A DNA stretch of 64,000 nt, from assembly GCA_017499595.2 (NCBI GenBank), contig CM039008.1, positions 2,790,001-2,854,000 on the forward strand. The letters are read 5' to 3'. Source of the DNA: Psilocybe cubensis (Eukaryota). The translations under genes and the position numbers were made by a program. This document shows positions 1 through 11,998 of this stretch, piece after piece. The first letter of the stretch is position 1; every line of letters begins with the position of its first letter. The notes beneath the pieces were generated by a model. That model ran no database searches. It was not told where the DNA came from and saw only the letters and a list, made by a program, of their open reading frames with translations.

Positions 1-789
1 AGCAACAAAGTGGATAAAGGAAGACACTAACGTGCAAAGCTTGATTTCAAGAAGACTCTGTAGATCAATATCATCCCGAGGGTGTCTGTCTTGATATCAA
101 ACCTAATTCAAAAATACACAGTTATCTGAGTATGTTAGACAACTCCGGTAGCCTGAGGAAGAATATACATCTGTTCACGCTGATGGCCTTATCATATGTG
201 TATTTATGCATGATTAGAGGAGACGGTGTTTAATATACCATTGGCAAAACGGATTACCACCAACAATTGACTGTCTCAAAGGACAGATATCTTCTCACTA
301 TGTTTGATAAGGAAGATATAGCCGACTCCTGAACGTGAAATCTGACGGCCCCACTCATATTATTTGCTTTTTTTTACCTTCATTTCTTCCCTGGCACATA
401 TTAATTTTTATAAAGGATATAGATGCAGTATTAAAACGAAATACCAGACGGTCAGAGAGCATTCCATAGGTTTTTAACCAAGTTGTTTTTCTTGAATGAC
501 CCAGGCTGTCGATCAAAGTTTCTCTGATTCCAGTGCCAATTTTATTCCTGGATGCACACATGAGGCCGTCTAGATGACTCATCACTATGTTACTATTAGG
601 CTGCTTTAGGGATAAGATAACTTGCCTCTTGTGTAGGAAGCCAATGAGTGATAACTGAAAATGGTTCTCAGTATGCGTGAAACCATACAAACCGAGTTAT
701 CCAGTCAGATGAGATATCTGTGAGAAGATACGCAAGTAAACCGTTGTTCACAGAGTACTTGATGTGCCTTAGGCTTGCCCAGGCTCTTT

Positions 790-1264
790 CAGGCCCCGGA
801 AAGCTCCCCTACAGGCGTATCCCCGCCGGACCCAAAATATTTGTCTGAAATCCGCGAGATTTTGGGTCTCCAATCCGTGAAACCGGACAGTCATTTTGCC
901 AAGACCTTCCCATTTGGGTCATTCTTCTCACCCTTGGACGGAGTTAAAGGAGCAAAAAAAAGGCGCAAAAAATTCTACAGCTTTTTTCAAGCAGTCTTTT
1001 TCACAGTTCTTCTGTTTTTGGCAGTCAGAAAGCGTTTATGTCCTCACAAGGAAACTAATTTTTGTCCATATTTGGCAGCGCGCCCTATTTGCCGGCCAGA
1101 CTAGCTGCCCATGCAGATTCTTCTCCTCAAATCCGCAGTGCCCCGGTCAAAGGTAGGCCTCCGGACCTCTCAAATCCGCAAAAAACAGACAGTAAAATGC
1201 TATTTTTTCAGGTCTCAAATCCGCGAAAAGTCGATATGCCCCTAGGGGAGCTTCCCGGGGCCTG
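790..1264. mobile_element. Non-autonomous TIR element (MITE), superfamily uncertain
   Basis: TIRs CAGGCCCCGGAAAGCTCCCCT (790) and AGGGGAGCTTCCCGGGGCCTG (ending 1264), 1 mismatch. Internal repeated AAATCCGC motifs. Flanks CTCTTT/CTCCTT may be a decayed 6-bp TSD. No coding capacity. Confidence 0.7.
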
Positions 1265-2212
1265 CTCCTTCAGTTTGGATCTTGAGCGTGATCGGCGTGT
1301 CGAATCACGTGACTTTGAACGCGTCCTGCTTGACTTGTTCGAATAGGCAAGCACGCCAAGAGCATGGTCCCGATGAAATGGATCCAATGCTTGTGGGCAC
1401 AAAGAAGGCCCATACTAAATCAAATTCAAACCTTTCAGCAAGTCCTAAAGAGAAGGAGAGCTGGGTAAGACCAGAGCACCTGGTTAGTAACATGGAGATT
1501 GGGACGAGACTGAGCCCAATCCAACCTGCTATACCAGGTGCTAAAAAGGGAGCAGTGGGTGGGAAATGAAAACTAAAGCCTAGAACGCGATTGGGATCAG
1601 AAAATCACACACAAAAGACAATCACTCTTTTGTGGATGTGCCTTAGGTACAGTCAACCTTGTTTGTATCTCTTATGATTGCAAGGCTACGGTTTATTGAC
1701 ATAAACGAACAGTGAGCTCAGGCGGATACAAGAAGTAAACGACTGTATATTCATGTACCTATTGACATGAATGAACAGTGAGCTATATAGGTACATGATA
1801 GTAAGAATAAATGAATATAAATGTTATAGAAACAACACTGCTAACCTCAGGCGGATACGAGAAGTAAACAACTGAGGTATATCCGTGTACGAAATGGGAA
1901 GAGTAAGCACATTGCGGAATAAACCGCAATGTATGGCTTGAGCTGTATAGTACCAAGTAAAAGACATGTGTACACATGGCAGAAGAAATAATAATCAATG
2001 AAGGCATTGATCTAGGAAATAAAGGAAGAAGTAGTCGCAAAGATAATGATAAGATAAATGGGCATACGCTTGCACCAACACGGTTGACTGTACAGTACCT
2101 GCTTCGGATCCAATCGTCTGACGTTATCTTATCCTGTGATGTGTCCAGCTTCACCTGTCACATTTGGGAATTTGTTTACGTTGATTACGTACTCAGAATA
2201 GCAATATAGTGG

Positions 2213-2932
2213 CACTGCGGGCTCCGATACATGTTTGATGTCAAACATTGACAATCAAATAGATATTATGTAGGATGTAGATGTTTGATGTCACGCACAT
2301 ATTGTGTTTGGCAACAAATAGGCTTCAAACATAAATTGTGTTTGAACTCTGTGTGACATCAAACACCAAATATCTTTGAGCACTGTTTGTTAAAAAATAT
2401 TAGCCTGACATAATTCCTGTTTGAATAGCTGTATGATAAGGTTTTGTAAGAGATCAACCATATAATCCGTATCTTATCTAACATGAATATCAAACATATT
2501 TTATGTAAGCAATCAAACAGAATATTTGTCCAAAATCAAACAATTATCAAACATCCATTTTTTCTCGCATCTGATTGGTTTATACATATCTGTTTGGCAA
2601 TCTGTTTGATTTCGGACAAATATTCTGTTTGATTGCTTACATAAAATATGTTTAATATTCATGTTAGATAAGATACGGATTATATGGTTGATCTCTTACA
2701 AAACCTTATCATACAGCTATTCAAACAGGAATTATGTCAGGCTAATATTTTTTAACAAACAGTGCTCAAAGATATTTGGTGTTTGATGTCACACAGAGTT
2801 CAAACACAATTTATGTTTGAAGCCTATTTGTTGCCAAACACAATATGTGCGTGACATCAAACATCTACATCCTACATAATATCTATTTGATTGTCAATGT
2901 TTGACATCAAACATGTATCGGAGCCCGCAGTG
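2213..2932. mobile_element. CACTA/EnSpm-like (CACTG-ended) foldback MITE
   Basis: Starts CACTGCGGGCTCCGATAC and ends GTATCGGAGCCCGCAGTG. Near-perfect inverted arms of ~330 bp around a ~60-bp spacer. 3-bp TSD TGG on both sides. Confidence 0.92.
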
Positions 2933-3033
2933 TGGCCTAATCTTGGCTCCAGATCTTCGGGAGCGATCAGCGGAGAATGAAATTGGAGTCAAAATTTCTG
3001 AGAAAAACCGCTGCAAGGATCCGCTCTCGAAGA

Positions 3034-3637
3034 TCTGGTGCATTTGCATCAGAAAAGATGCGGACTTGTCACTATTTTGTCACGCCGCCCTCAGGTGTCT
3101 CTGCTGACGTGTTGTTGAAGTCAACTAGTGTGCTAAGTTACGTATGTTGCTCAACAGGCTGATCACTTTGTCAAGACAGTGTATTGTGTCAGAGACCTTG
3201 CATAGGAGGGTTATTTGGAAGGTTCTTTTGTGGCAAATTATCATGTATTCTACTCAGACACTCATTTTCTCTGCAATGTAGTTGGCCTTACAATGATAAA
3301 GTCAATGTAACCCACTTTAATTAAGGTGTTGTGTACCTCAAATTTCTAACTTTCTTAGGATGTTAAATATTACTTGTTGCGAGTGGGTTTCTTCTAAACT
3401 TGGTGGCAGTTCATCGCTAACAAATGCATTTTTGGACTTACAGACGTGTCCTTATGCTAATAAGCAGAAAAGTGTATTTTTTATACATATGGATTTCATA
3501 CTGAGTTAGTTGAAAAGGAAATTATCTCAAAATGGCTTACCTTGACTGGATGCTATTGTAGAAGCAATAAGGAGCAATGGTGTGACTGATGTGACTGATG
3601 GGGCAGTCCGCATCTTTTCTGATGCAAATGCACTAGA
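3034..3637. repeat. 33-bp inverted repeat pair ~540 bp apart (possible old MITE)
   Basis: TCTGGTGCATTTGCATCAGAAAAGATGCGGACT (3034-3066) versus its reverse complement at 3605-3637, 1 mismatch. No clear TSD. Confidence 0.55.
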
Positions 3638-4461
3638 CGTTGTAGAGCACATCTCCCCGATCAAACTTTACCTGTTTTTTGCCTCCAACTTTAAACTCAG
3701 ACTATTGGTGCCGGGCATTGCAAGTAGGCCTCTTGGAGTGAGATTGTGCTCAAAAACAGCTGGGAACAAGACTACATAGTGGCCGCGTGGCGGTACAACA
3801 ATAGGCAGGGCTGAGTTTGAAATTGACTGAATGACTGTGTGCCGCTCCTGATCCGGCCGTTGCTCCATGCGCAACACCAGCAATGAAGAGGGTTCTATAG
3901 TGTGCATGGGATATTCTGGACACACAATACACATGTGTGAGTACATGTCTACTCAATGCACGTTATAGAGTGATTGCTGATAAAGTTAAAAAGGACTTCC
4001 AATCTCAAATTCAAGACCGTGCAAGCTCGGCAAAGGTCTATTGCATAATATAAGATATCAAAAGTAAGCGTGACAATACAATCCATGATAGAATTTTGCA
4101 AGAAACTTAGTAAGACACATAATATAGACAACGATCATTATTGAATTTTTGATGTGATTAATCAGTAAAAATAGGATGTTAGCTCAGGAAAATTTGATTG
4201 GACCTGTATATGTCTATAATCATGTAAACTGACTAGTAACGGGGTGGACATTGTTTGTGTAAATAACACATGCTGCTGTATGTCGTAGACAAGGACTCCC
4301 TTTTTAGATAAAATTAATGACGTAATAAGCATACCATTGGTGAGCAGTGTACAGATTATGTTGCAGTTAGTCGGGTGAGTGCACTACAAAAGTCTTGCTC
4401 GATCCACTGTGCATTCAGCAAAGTACACTGTCCTCTTTCTAATCCATTGCGCAACAATACA

Positions 4462-5648
4462 ATGGCAACACTGCAACATAAAACTGTCGTTGTCGTTGGC
4501 AGTTTGTCTGGCATCGGATTTGCAGTAGCCCTCGGCACACTCCAATTGCTTGCAAGCCTTGTTATCATCGCTTCGAGCAACAAAGCGTGTCTCAAAGACA
4601 CCGTCGCACGGTTGAAAGCGCACAACCTACCAGGTAAAATCCGCGGTGAGGTGCTTGATGCAAAGGACTCCGATGCTGTGGAATCTTTTACGGTTGCACT
4701 GGAAACTGTGGATCACATTGTTTGGACTAGCGGCAACATCCCAAAGTCCAAGCAGGGTGAAGGTGTACTCTTATTTTCCAATGTTGAATCGGTTGAGAGA
4801 GAACAGGGTGAGATAAATTGTCATTTTTATCTAAGCATATATTGTTTATGCTTTGTTACCAAGGCATTTTCTCTGTTTGGTTCTGGGGGGCCTTCATATT
4901 GGCAAAACACACCAAGTTCCATCCAGGTGGATCTTTGAGACTCACGACTGGTAAGAGCAGCGTGTTTATGTGCTCAATTTAATTTTTATCTAACATTTCA
5001 CCCTCCAGGTGTCACTGGACAGAGGCCGTTCCCTGGTGCGGCACTTGCAACAAGCGTTTTGACCACTCTGGAAAGATTAACCAGGGGCTTGGCTGTAGAC
5101 CTTGCCCCAGTTTGTGTCAATCTCATCTGCCCGGGCTTGGTGAGTCTTGTTTAATCACATTACCCAAAATCCCAATTAAAAACAGTCTCTAATTTGTGTT
5201 TAATTACACAGATTAACACCAAAGTTTGTGCTATACAATTTAATTCATTGCTCTCAGTCATTGATGAATGACTTTTTTTTTCCCACAGCTCATCCAAAAG
5301 ATGTTTGGAGAGCACAAAGAACATTTTACCAAGGCTTATATTGAAAAAATCCTGCTGAAACGAGGTGCTGATCCAAGCGAGGTAAAGGTTTCATCAATAT
5401 CAAGTCGATAGGGAGCCCTGGACTTACCACATAATGTTGTCTCTTTAGTGTGCAGAGGCATATCTATTTGTTATGAAGTGAGTTAAATGTCCTCAGATGT
5501 GCTGAATATACAGAATACTTATATTGCATGCATAAGATGTGGATATGTCACAGGCCAAAAGATTAACATTGAAGGAGGATACCTACTTATCAATATAATC
5601 AAAGCAACATTGATTTTTCAATCACCCAAAAATTCAAAATATGCCTGA
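4462..5648 (+). pseudogene. Short-chain dehydrogenase/reductase (atypical SDR), 3' end interrupted by a Helitron; probably degenerating
   Basis: MATLQHKTVVVVGSLSGIGFAVA Rossmann start, VDHIVWTSG, TRGLAVDLAPVCVNLICPG, GYVTGQKINIEGG across GT-AG introns. Conserved residues look altered (GGSSG>GSLSG, RFWG>WFWG, PVRVN>PVCVN). The native stop lies beyond the Helitron (12133-12135); the current frame ends at TGA 5646-5648 inside the element. Confidence 0.8.
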
Positions 5649-5874
5649 AAACGTTGAAATTGAGGCTAAAAAATACTACAATTGGGCCTATATAGCACAT
5701 GACTGCCGGTTATAAATCCACATGACCGGTAAGGCCAGTTATCTATGACGTATCCATGGGGACTTCTGGGTGGAATGGCTATAAGATTGCATCATCGATA
5801 TTGCAGACTTACGGTCAGCCTCAAAAACTTTTTATCTAAACTACCTTTTGTTTTTAATTTTCTATTTCTTTAAC

Positions 5875-8800
5875 ATGTCATTTACTTCTTTTCCTCTTAG
5901 GACACCTTTTTGCTCTTCTCAAGCAGATGAAGAGGCACACCGTTCAAATGTTTGTGCTTCAATGCGAATAGCATCAATGGCAAATTCTCCTCCTAGACGA
6001 TCACCTCTGCCATCTGCTTCTTCTTTGCACTTAGTACAAATCATTCCCCCTCAACACATTCCCCCTCAACGTTCACGACAAATTGTAAATACAAATGCAA
6101 TTGCTGGCCCTTCATTATTACCCAAAATACGTCAGCCACAGCAATTTTCCCAATTTGGAACTGTCACTGTCACACCTGCTCCTTCACGTTTGAATGAGTC
6201 AGCCGTGAATTTGAGTCCTTCTGCTTCTTCACGTCATCAACGGATAGCTGGTTTGGAAAATCGTACTACTTCTCAAGGTATGCAAATCTTTTTCTACTAT
6301 TTATTATGACTTCTAATTCTATCTATTATACAAGCCCGTCGAGTTGCCAGTCGGCTGTTCCATCATCAGCAAGAACATACTATTCCTGCACCGGGCAACA
6401 ATGTTGTTGAGGATGATTTAGATGGGAGTGAAAATAGCAATATTGAAGGAGAAGATGAAGATGTGTGTGTTATTTTTTCTTTCTTATTCAATCTTTTAAT
6501 AAGCATAGTCTGTGGTAAACTTTTTTTAGCAGCTCAAAAGCCCTATGTCGACACTATACAAAAGCATGATCTTGGTCTAATAAATATTAAATGTTCCTCC
6601 TGTGGTGCTCTTTATTGGGAATCTAAGAGATTGTCAAACAGCTCAAAACGGAGACCTTGCTTTTCTACTTGCTATTCTAATGGCAAGGTTGTGCTTCCTC
6701 TTCTCCAACCACCGCCTGAACCCTTGCTCTATCTCCTTATGTCAACCGATTCTTCTGCATCTAAGTTTTGGGAAACTATTTGGAATTAAAACCGAGCTTT
6801 TTCTTTTACCTCACTTGGAGTACATGAAGATCATTCTGTGAATAGCAAAGGCCGTGGACCGCCAGTGTTTTGCATATCCGGCGAGCTTCATCATAATTCT
6901 GGTGCATTAAAACCTCCTAATGGAAAATTGCCTCGATACTCTCAGCTATATATCTATGATCCTTCTATGGCTCTTGATTTCCGAGTTTGCCAAAATCTTG
7001 ACCTCAATCAACAAGTTATGAATCAATTACAACAAATGTTATTACAACATCACTGCTATGTGCCAATTTACAAACATGCGCACAAAATTCTACAGCAATA
7101 TGATCATGATGATAACATTAATGTTCAACTCCGACTTACACCAGAGCTTGACCGTCGTTGCTACAATCTCTCTACCACAAATGAAGTTGCTGTTATTCTG
7201 CCTGGATCTGGAGCTTTTCAACCTCGCAATATTGTTCTTCAACTTTGGGATGGTCCGCTTCATTGGATTAGTGATTTGCATCCTGCTTATTGTCCACTTT
7301 AGTATCCTTTGCTTTTTCCTTATGGAGAAAATGGCTGGTATCCTGAAATGAAACTAATAGAATCTGAGAAACAGTTAGAATGTCGTATCAATGCTAGAAA
7401 TCATTGACAAAACCAGCGGCAAGACCACGCTATACAAGATATTGAAGCTTCTGATGATCATCCTGACAATTCTCTTTTGCATGCACTATTGTGAAGAAGA
7501 ACTAGGTGCTCTGCTTTATGGTGGTTGTCTTTTTGCACGCTATGTTGTTGATATGTTTGCCTCTATTGATCAACAGCAATTGTCTTGGATATTCAATAAT
7601 CAGGGACAATTCCGTCTTGCACGTCTTAATAATCTTCAAGATGCTAATATGTCGGATCCGGATAATCTTGATCTGAATAAAGTCGGCCAACAATATTTTC
7701 TTCCATCTTTTTATATTGGTGGTCCTCGGAATATGGATCAATGCTATCAGGATGCTATGGCAGTCTCCCGTCACTTTTGCCAGCCTGACCTTTTCATTAC
7801 AATGACAACAAATCCATGCTGGATTGAAATTGAAAGAGAACTTCTTTCTGGCCAAACAGCATATGATTGCCTGACCTGGTTGCAAAAGTTTTCTGTCTCA
7901 AAATCAAGGCCTTGCTAGATGTCAGGGTACATATTGGTGCCACTCCTATCCGTCATCGTTATCTGTTACGGTCCCACGCTGTCATGCCTTGTTCTATCTT
8001 TGTGTTTGGTCCTACATCTATCGTTCTCCTGTTTCATCTATTGATAGTTGTCATATGTCAAGTACTCTGGTCCGGGAAGTAGTTACTCCAGTCTCCATGT
8101 ATATGACCCCAGCTTCAATATCAACTTGGTCTTTGGGAATTCTTCTCTCTTGACTTAAGTCGATTCCTAACACTAGACTATATTACCAAACATGGTATTT
8201 TTGGCCATTCTGTCGCCTATGTTTATATTATTGAATTCCAAAAAGAGGTCTTCCTCATATTCATCTTATTGATTTTTTTAAAAGAACCTTTCAAACTTCT
8301 TGCGGCTGAGGATATTGACTCCTGCATATTAGCAAAGTGGCCAGATGCGTTGACTCAACCACAATTATTTGACGTCGTGAAAAATTGTATGGTCCATGGT
8401 CCATGCGGTCCTGCAAATCCCAAAGCTCCCTGCATGATCAACGGCAAGTGTTCAAAAGGTTTTCCTAAGCCATTTTGTGCTTCAACAACTGTTGATGGCA
8501 AAGGATATCCTTCTTATTGTCGTTCTGATGATGGAAGAGCATATGATATTGGTGGTTGGATGGTCAACAATCGATTTATTGTGCCATTTAATGCCTTTCT
8601 TTCATTAACATTTGACTGTCATGTCAACATGAAATGCCCCGCCAGCTTTGCAACAATGAAATATGCTTTCAAATATCTTCACAAAGGTCCAGATTGTGGC
8701 ACTCTTGAGGTTAAACAAAAGGATGAAATCAAGCAATGGATTGATGGTTGTTATATTTCTGCTCCTGATGCAGCTTGGCGCATATTTCAATTTCCAACCC

Positions 8801-11040
8801 ATTGAGTGGTTCCAAATATTGTACGATTGCAGGTATGACATTCTCAATATATATATTATCATTTGCTAATGTTTAACATAGGTACATTTAGAAAATGACC
8901 ATACTGTTGTTTTTGATCCCAAAGATGATATTGACAATATTGTTGAGCATGCTACCAGTAAAAAAACTATTCTTACCGCCTTTTTTGCTGCTAATGCAAT
9001 TACTGGACCTCTTAGTGAAGAAGCTTGAAGACATACTTATCAAGAATTTCCGCAGTTTTTCACATTCAACAAAAACTCCTGGTCATGGAGTCTTCAAAAG
9101 CGTGATTTTGCGCTTGGAAGAATGTATTTCATCAAGCCAACAAGCGGAGAGGTCTTTTATCTTTGAACACTTCTTACTGCAGCCAAAGGACCTACTAGCT
9201 TTGAAGATATTTGCCATGTTCCTGGAATGAATAATGGTCAGCCATATCCCACTTTTCATGCTGCTTGCTTGGCTCGCGGTTTGCTCCAGGATGATGGTGA
9301 ATGGCGTATATGTCTGCAAGAAGCTTCTGCTATGCATACAGGCTCACGTCTCCATTCACTTTTTGCAACAATACTTTTATTCTGCGAAATGTTGCAACCA
9401 AACTTGCTTTGGGCAGAGTTTAGGACCCATATTTGCAATGATCTTGAGCATTGCCTTCTTACTATTGGAATCTGTGATCATACTAAGGAGGCTATATACG
9501 ACTATGGTCTTTATCTTTTGAATGGACTTCTTCTGAAATCTGGTCAATCACTTGAAACTTGGCCTTCAATGCCCCACTCAATTATGGACTGGTCATCTCT
9601 TACTATCAATCCTCTTATTGCGGAATAGCTTAATTATAATCCGGAGGTTCTACAAGCATATCTTGAATCCCGTTTACCCTTGCTTAATGAAGAGCAGCAC
9701 CTAATCTACGATACTATTCTTGCCTCAGTTAATGCTGCAAATGGGAATCTTTTCTTTCTCAATGGTCCTGGTAGCACTGGCAAAACATTTGTGTACAACA
9801 CTCTATGTGCAAAATTATGCAGTAATGGCAAGATTGTTCTATGTGTTTCTTCTTCTGGAATATCCGCTCTTCTTATTGCTGGTGGACAAACTGCTCACTC
9901 AATGTTCCGCATACCCATTGATATTGCCGAAAATATGGTCTGTACTATTTCTAAAAGAACCAACCGTGCTAAGCTTTTGAAATCAGCACACACCATTATT
10001 TGGGATGAAATTGGAGCTCAACATTGTTATGCTATTGAGGCCGTTGACCACACACTTTGGAATCTTTGAATGTGTGATATGCCATTTGGAGGAATCACAA
10101 CTGTTTTTGGTGGCGACTTTCTACAAACACTTCCTGTTGTGCCAAAAGGATCCCAAGAGGACATTGTTGATGCTACATTACAGCGATCATATCTTTGACA
10201 ACATATTAAAATTCTCAAGCTTACACAAAACATGCGTCTGACGGGTGCCGATGCAGATACACATCTATTTGCACAGTGGCTTCTTGATATTGGACATGGT
10301 CGCAATATGCATTCAGACTCTAAAGTTCAAATTCCAACTTATATGCATGTTGCTGATATTGACGGCCTTATCACTGCTATATATCCAGGCATTAATTCAA
10401 TTCCTTTGCCAGGTCCTGAATATTTTCTCTGCCGAATGATTCTAGCACCCCGCAATGTTGAGGTTTGCTCGATTAACAATGATATTCTGAATATGATGGA
10501 TGGAGAAGTACGTTAGTACCTTAGCGCTAATCAAATAATTATAGATCCAAACCATAATCCAGAAGATGAACTTGAGGCAGCGGTTCCGCCAGAAGTCTTA
10601 AGGGCTATTAATGACCCAGGCTCACCTCTAGGAGAGCTTAACCTAAAAATTGGCTGCCCTGTTATTCTTCTTCGAAATCTAAATCCTCAGCAAGGACTAT
10701 GTAACGGCACACATCTTATTATAACCCGCATGGCTGCAAGAGTTTTAGAGGCAAGAATTCTTGGTGGCAAACATGATGGTGACTTGGTTATAATTCCTCG
10801 AATTTCTGTGCCATCTTCAAGCAGCTCTTATCATTTTATGTGATTTCAATTTCCTCTCCGCCTTGCATTTGCACTTAGCATCAACAAGTCCCAAGGACAG
10901 TCCGTTAGGGATTTATTTGCATTCTTTAGTCTTTTCACATGGTCAGCTTTATGTTTCTCTTTCTTGGGTTACGTCTTCCAGAAATATTAAGATTTTACTT
11001 GGAGAAAATGATGGTAATTTAACCACAAATGTTGTATATG
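5875..11040 (+). pseudogene. Helitron RepHel (HUH Rep + PIF1 helicase) with stops and frameshifts
   Basis: N-terminal CSSCGALYW...CYSNGKV. Rep motifs DLFITMTTNP, IEFQK.GLPHIH (frameshifted) and KYAFKYLHKG. Helicase motifs [56 protein letters not shown]. Many in-frame stops. Start approximate. Confidence 0.92.
7920..8172. mobile_element. Solo LTR (253 bp) nested in Helitron Rep
   Basis: TGTCAGG...CCTAACA termini (TG..CA, short inverted repeat). 5-bp TSD CTAGA (7915-7919 and 8173-8177). Excision restores the Rep frame KIKALLDYITKHGIFGH. Confidence 0.88.
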
Positions 11041-11149
11041 TATTCTTGACCATTTATTTGGCATATTTAGATTTTTTAATTGAGATGATATTGCTTTTGG
11101 TGACAAAGAGTCTGAGCCAAAACTTTACTTTATTGAGGCGTTGGCATAT

Positions 11150-11998
11150 TCTAATTTTGGTTTATTGTCTATTCAACTTCCTAACCTTTTTGGCTAGATT
11201 GTTCAGATTCCTGCAAAAACAGGCTCACTTCCTTATAATTTAAAGGACTATGACTTTTGTGGCGATTTAAAATGGGTAATGTTTGGTTCTTCTTTATATA
11301 AATAGTGCCTTTTCATCTTATGATTTTCAATTATAGATTATTCCTTTGGGAGACACTAATGTTTCCTTCAACTTTTGTCCATATGTGCATATTGTTGGCC
11401 AGGCTTCAAATTGCAATCAATCATCATGGCAAATTTGCATGGAGCCTTATGTAGGAGCTATTATCAAGACAGAGCCCAACACTAAAGCTCCTCCTTGCCC
11501 CCGTGCTAATTTCTATTGTGAGCATCCAGAGCCCCCCCAAGGAAATACAATATGGAAGAAAAAACCGGTTCCTTACAATAATTGGTTTGTTGCTGTCCAT
11601 GGATTTCTTACCGATGTCATAATCAAGGATGATGACACAAATGAGATTGAATTCTTCAAGGTTATTGTTGATTCAATTGAATTTCTTGGAGGTGAACCTT
11701 CCATTGCAAACACGTCAATTGTGGCAAATAAACTTGATGGTATGCATATTTTACTACTATTTTTCTATTTAATTTTTGCTAATTTAAAATTGCTTTTATA
11801 GCTGCTTTACCGTCACCACGTTCAAAAGGATTTGGAAAAATGAAGGGCAAGGCACCAGCTACACCTTTGAAGCATGAATGATAAGAAGATGGAAATGACA
11901 ATCAAGCTACTCCAACACCCGTGAGACCTAAAACTCGAGCAAAGCAACAGGCTCCTGCAGTAGCTCAGGGCTCTCTAACTGCCGATCCAGTCTCTTAA
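11150..11998 (+). pseudogene. Second, intron-containing Helitron-borne ORF (possible OB-fold/ssDNA-binding accessory protein), decayed
   Basis: ORF 11346-11801 (CPYVHIVGQA...PVPYNNWFVAVHGFLTDV...VDSIEFLG) is flanked by GT-AG introns and followed by a basic/Pro tail with an internal stop. It lies between the helicase and the 3' hairpin. Start approximate; the fold assignment is inference. Confidence 0.5.

Noticed and set aside
1-2162. Possible decayed LTR retroelement (short direct repeats at 1690-1880, TGTCACA end at 2162, GATGTGCCTTAGG at ~761 and ~1636)
   Set aside because: I could not identify the other LTR end, a PBS, a TSD or any gag/pol motif.
3660-3960. Minus-strand ORF fragments resembling a decayed gene
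   Set aside because: No recognisable motif and no consistent exon chain.
4462-5589. SDR as a gene captured inside the Helitron
   Set aside because: The SDR stop codon is found beyond the Helitron 3' end, so the element inserted into the gene rather than capturing it.
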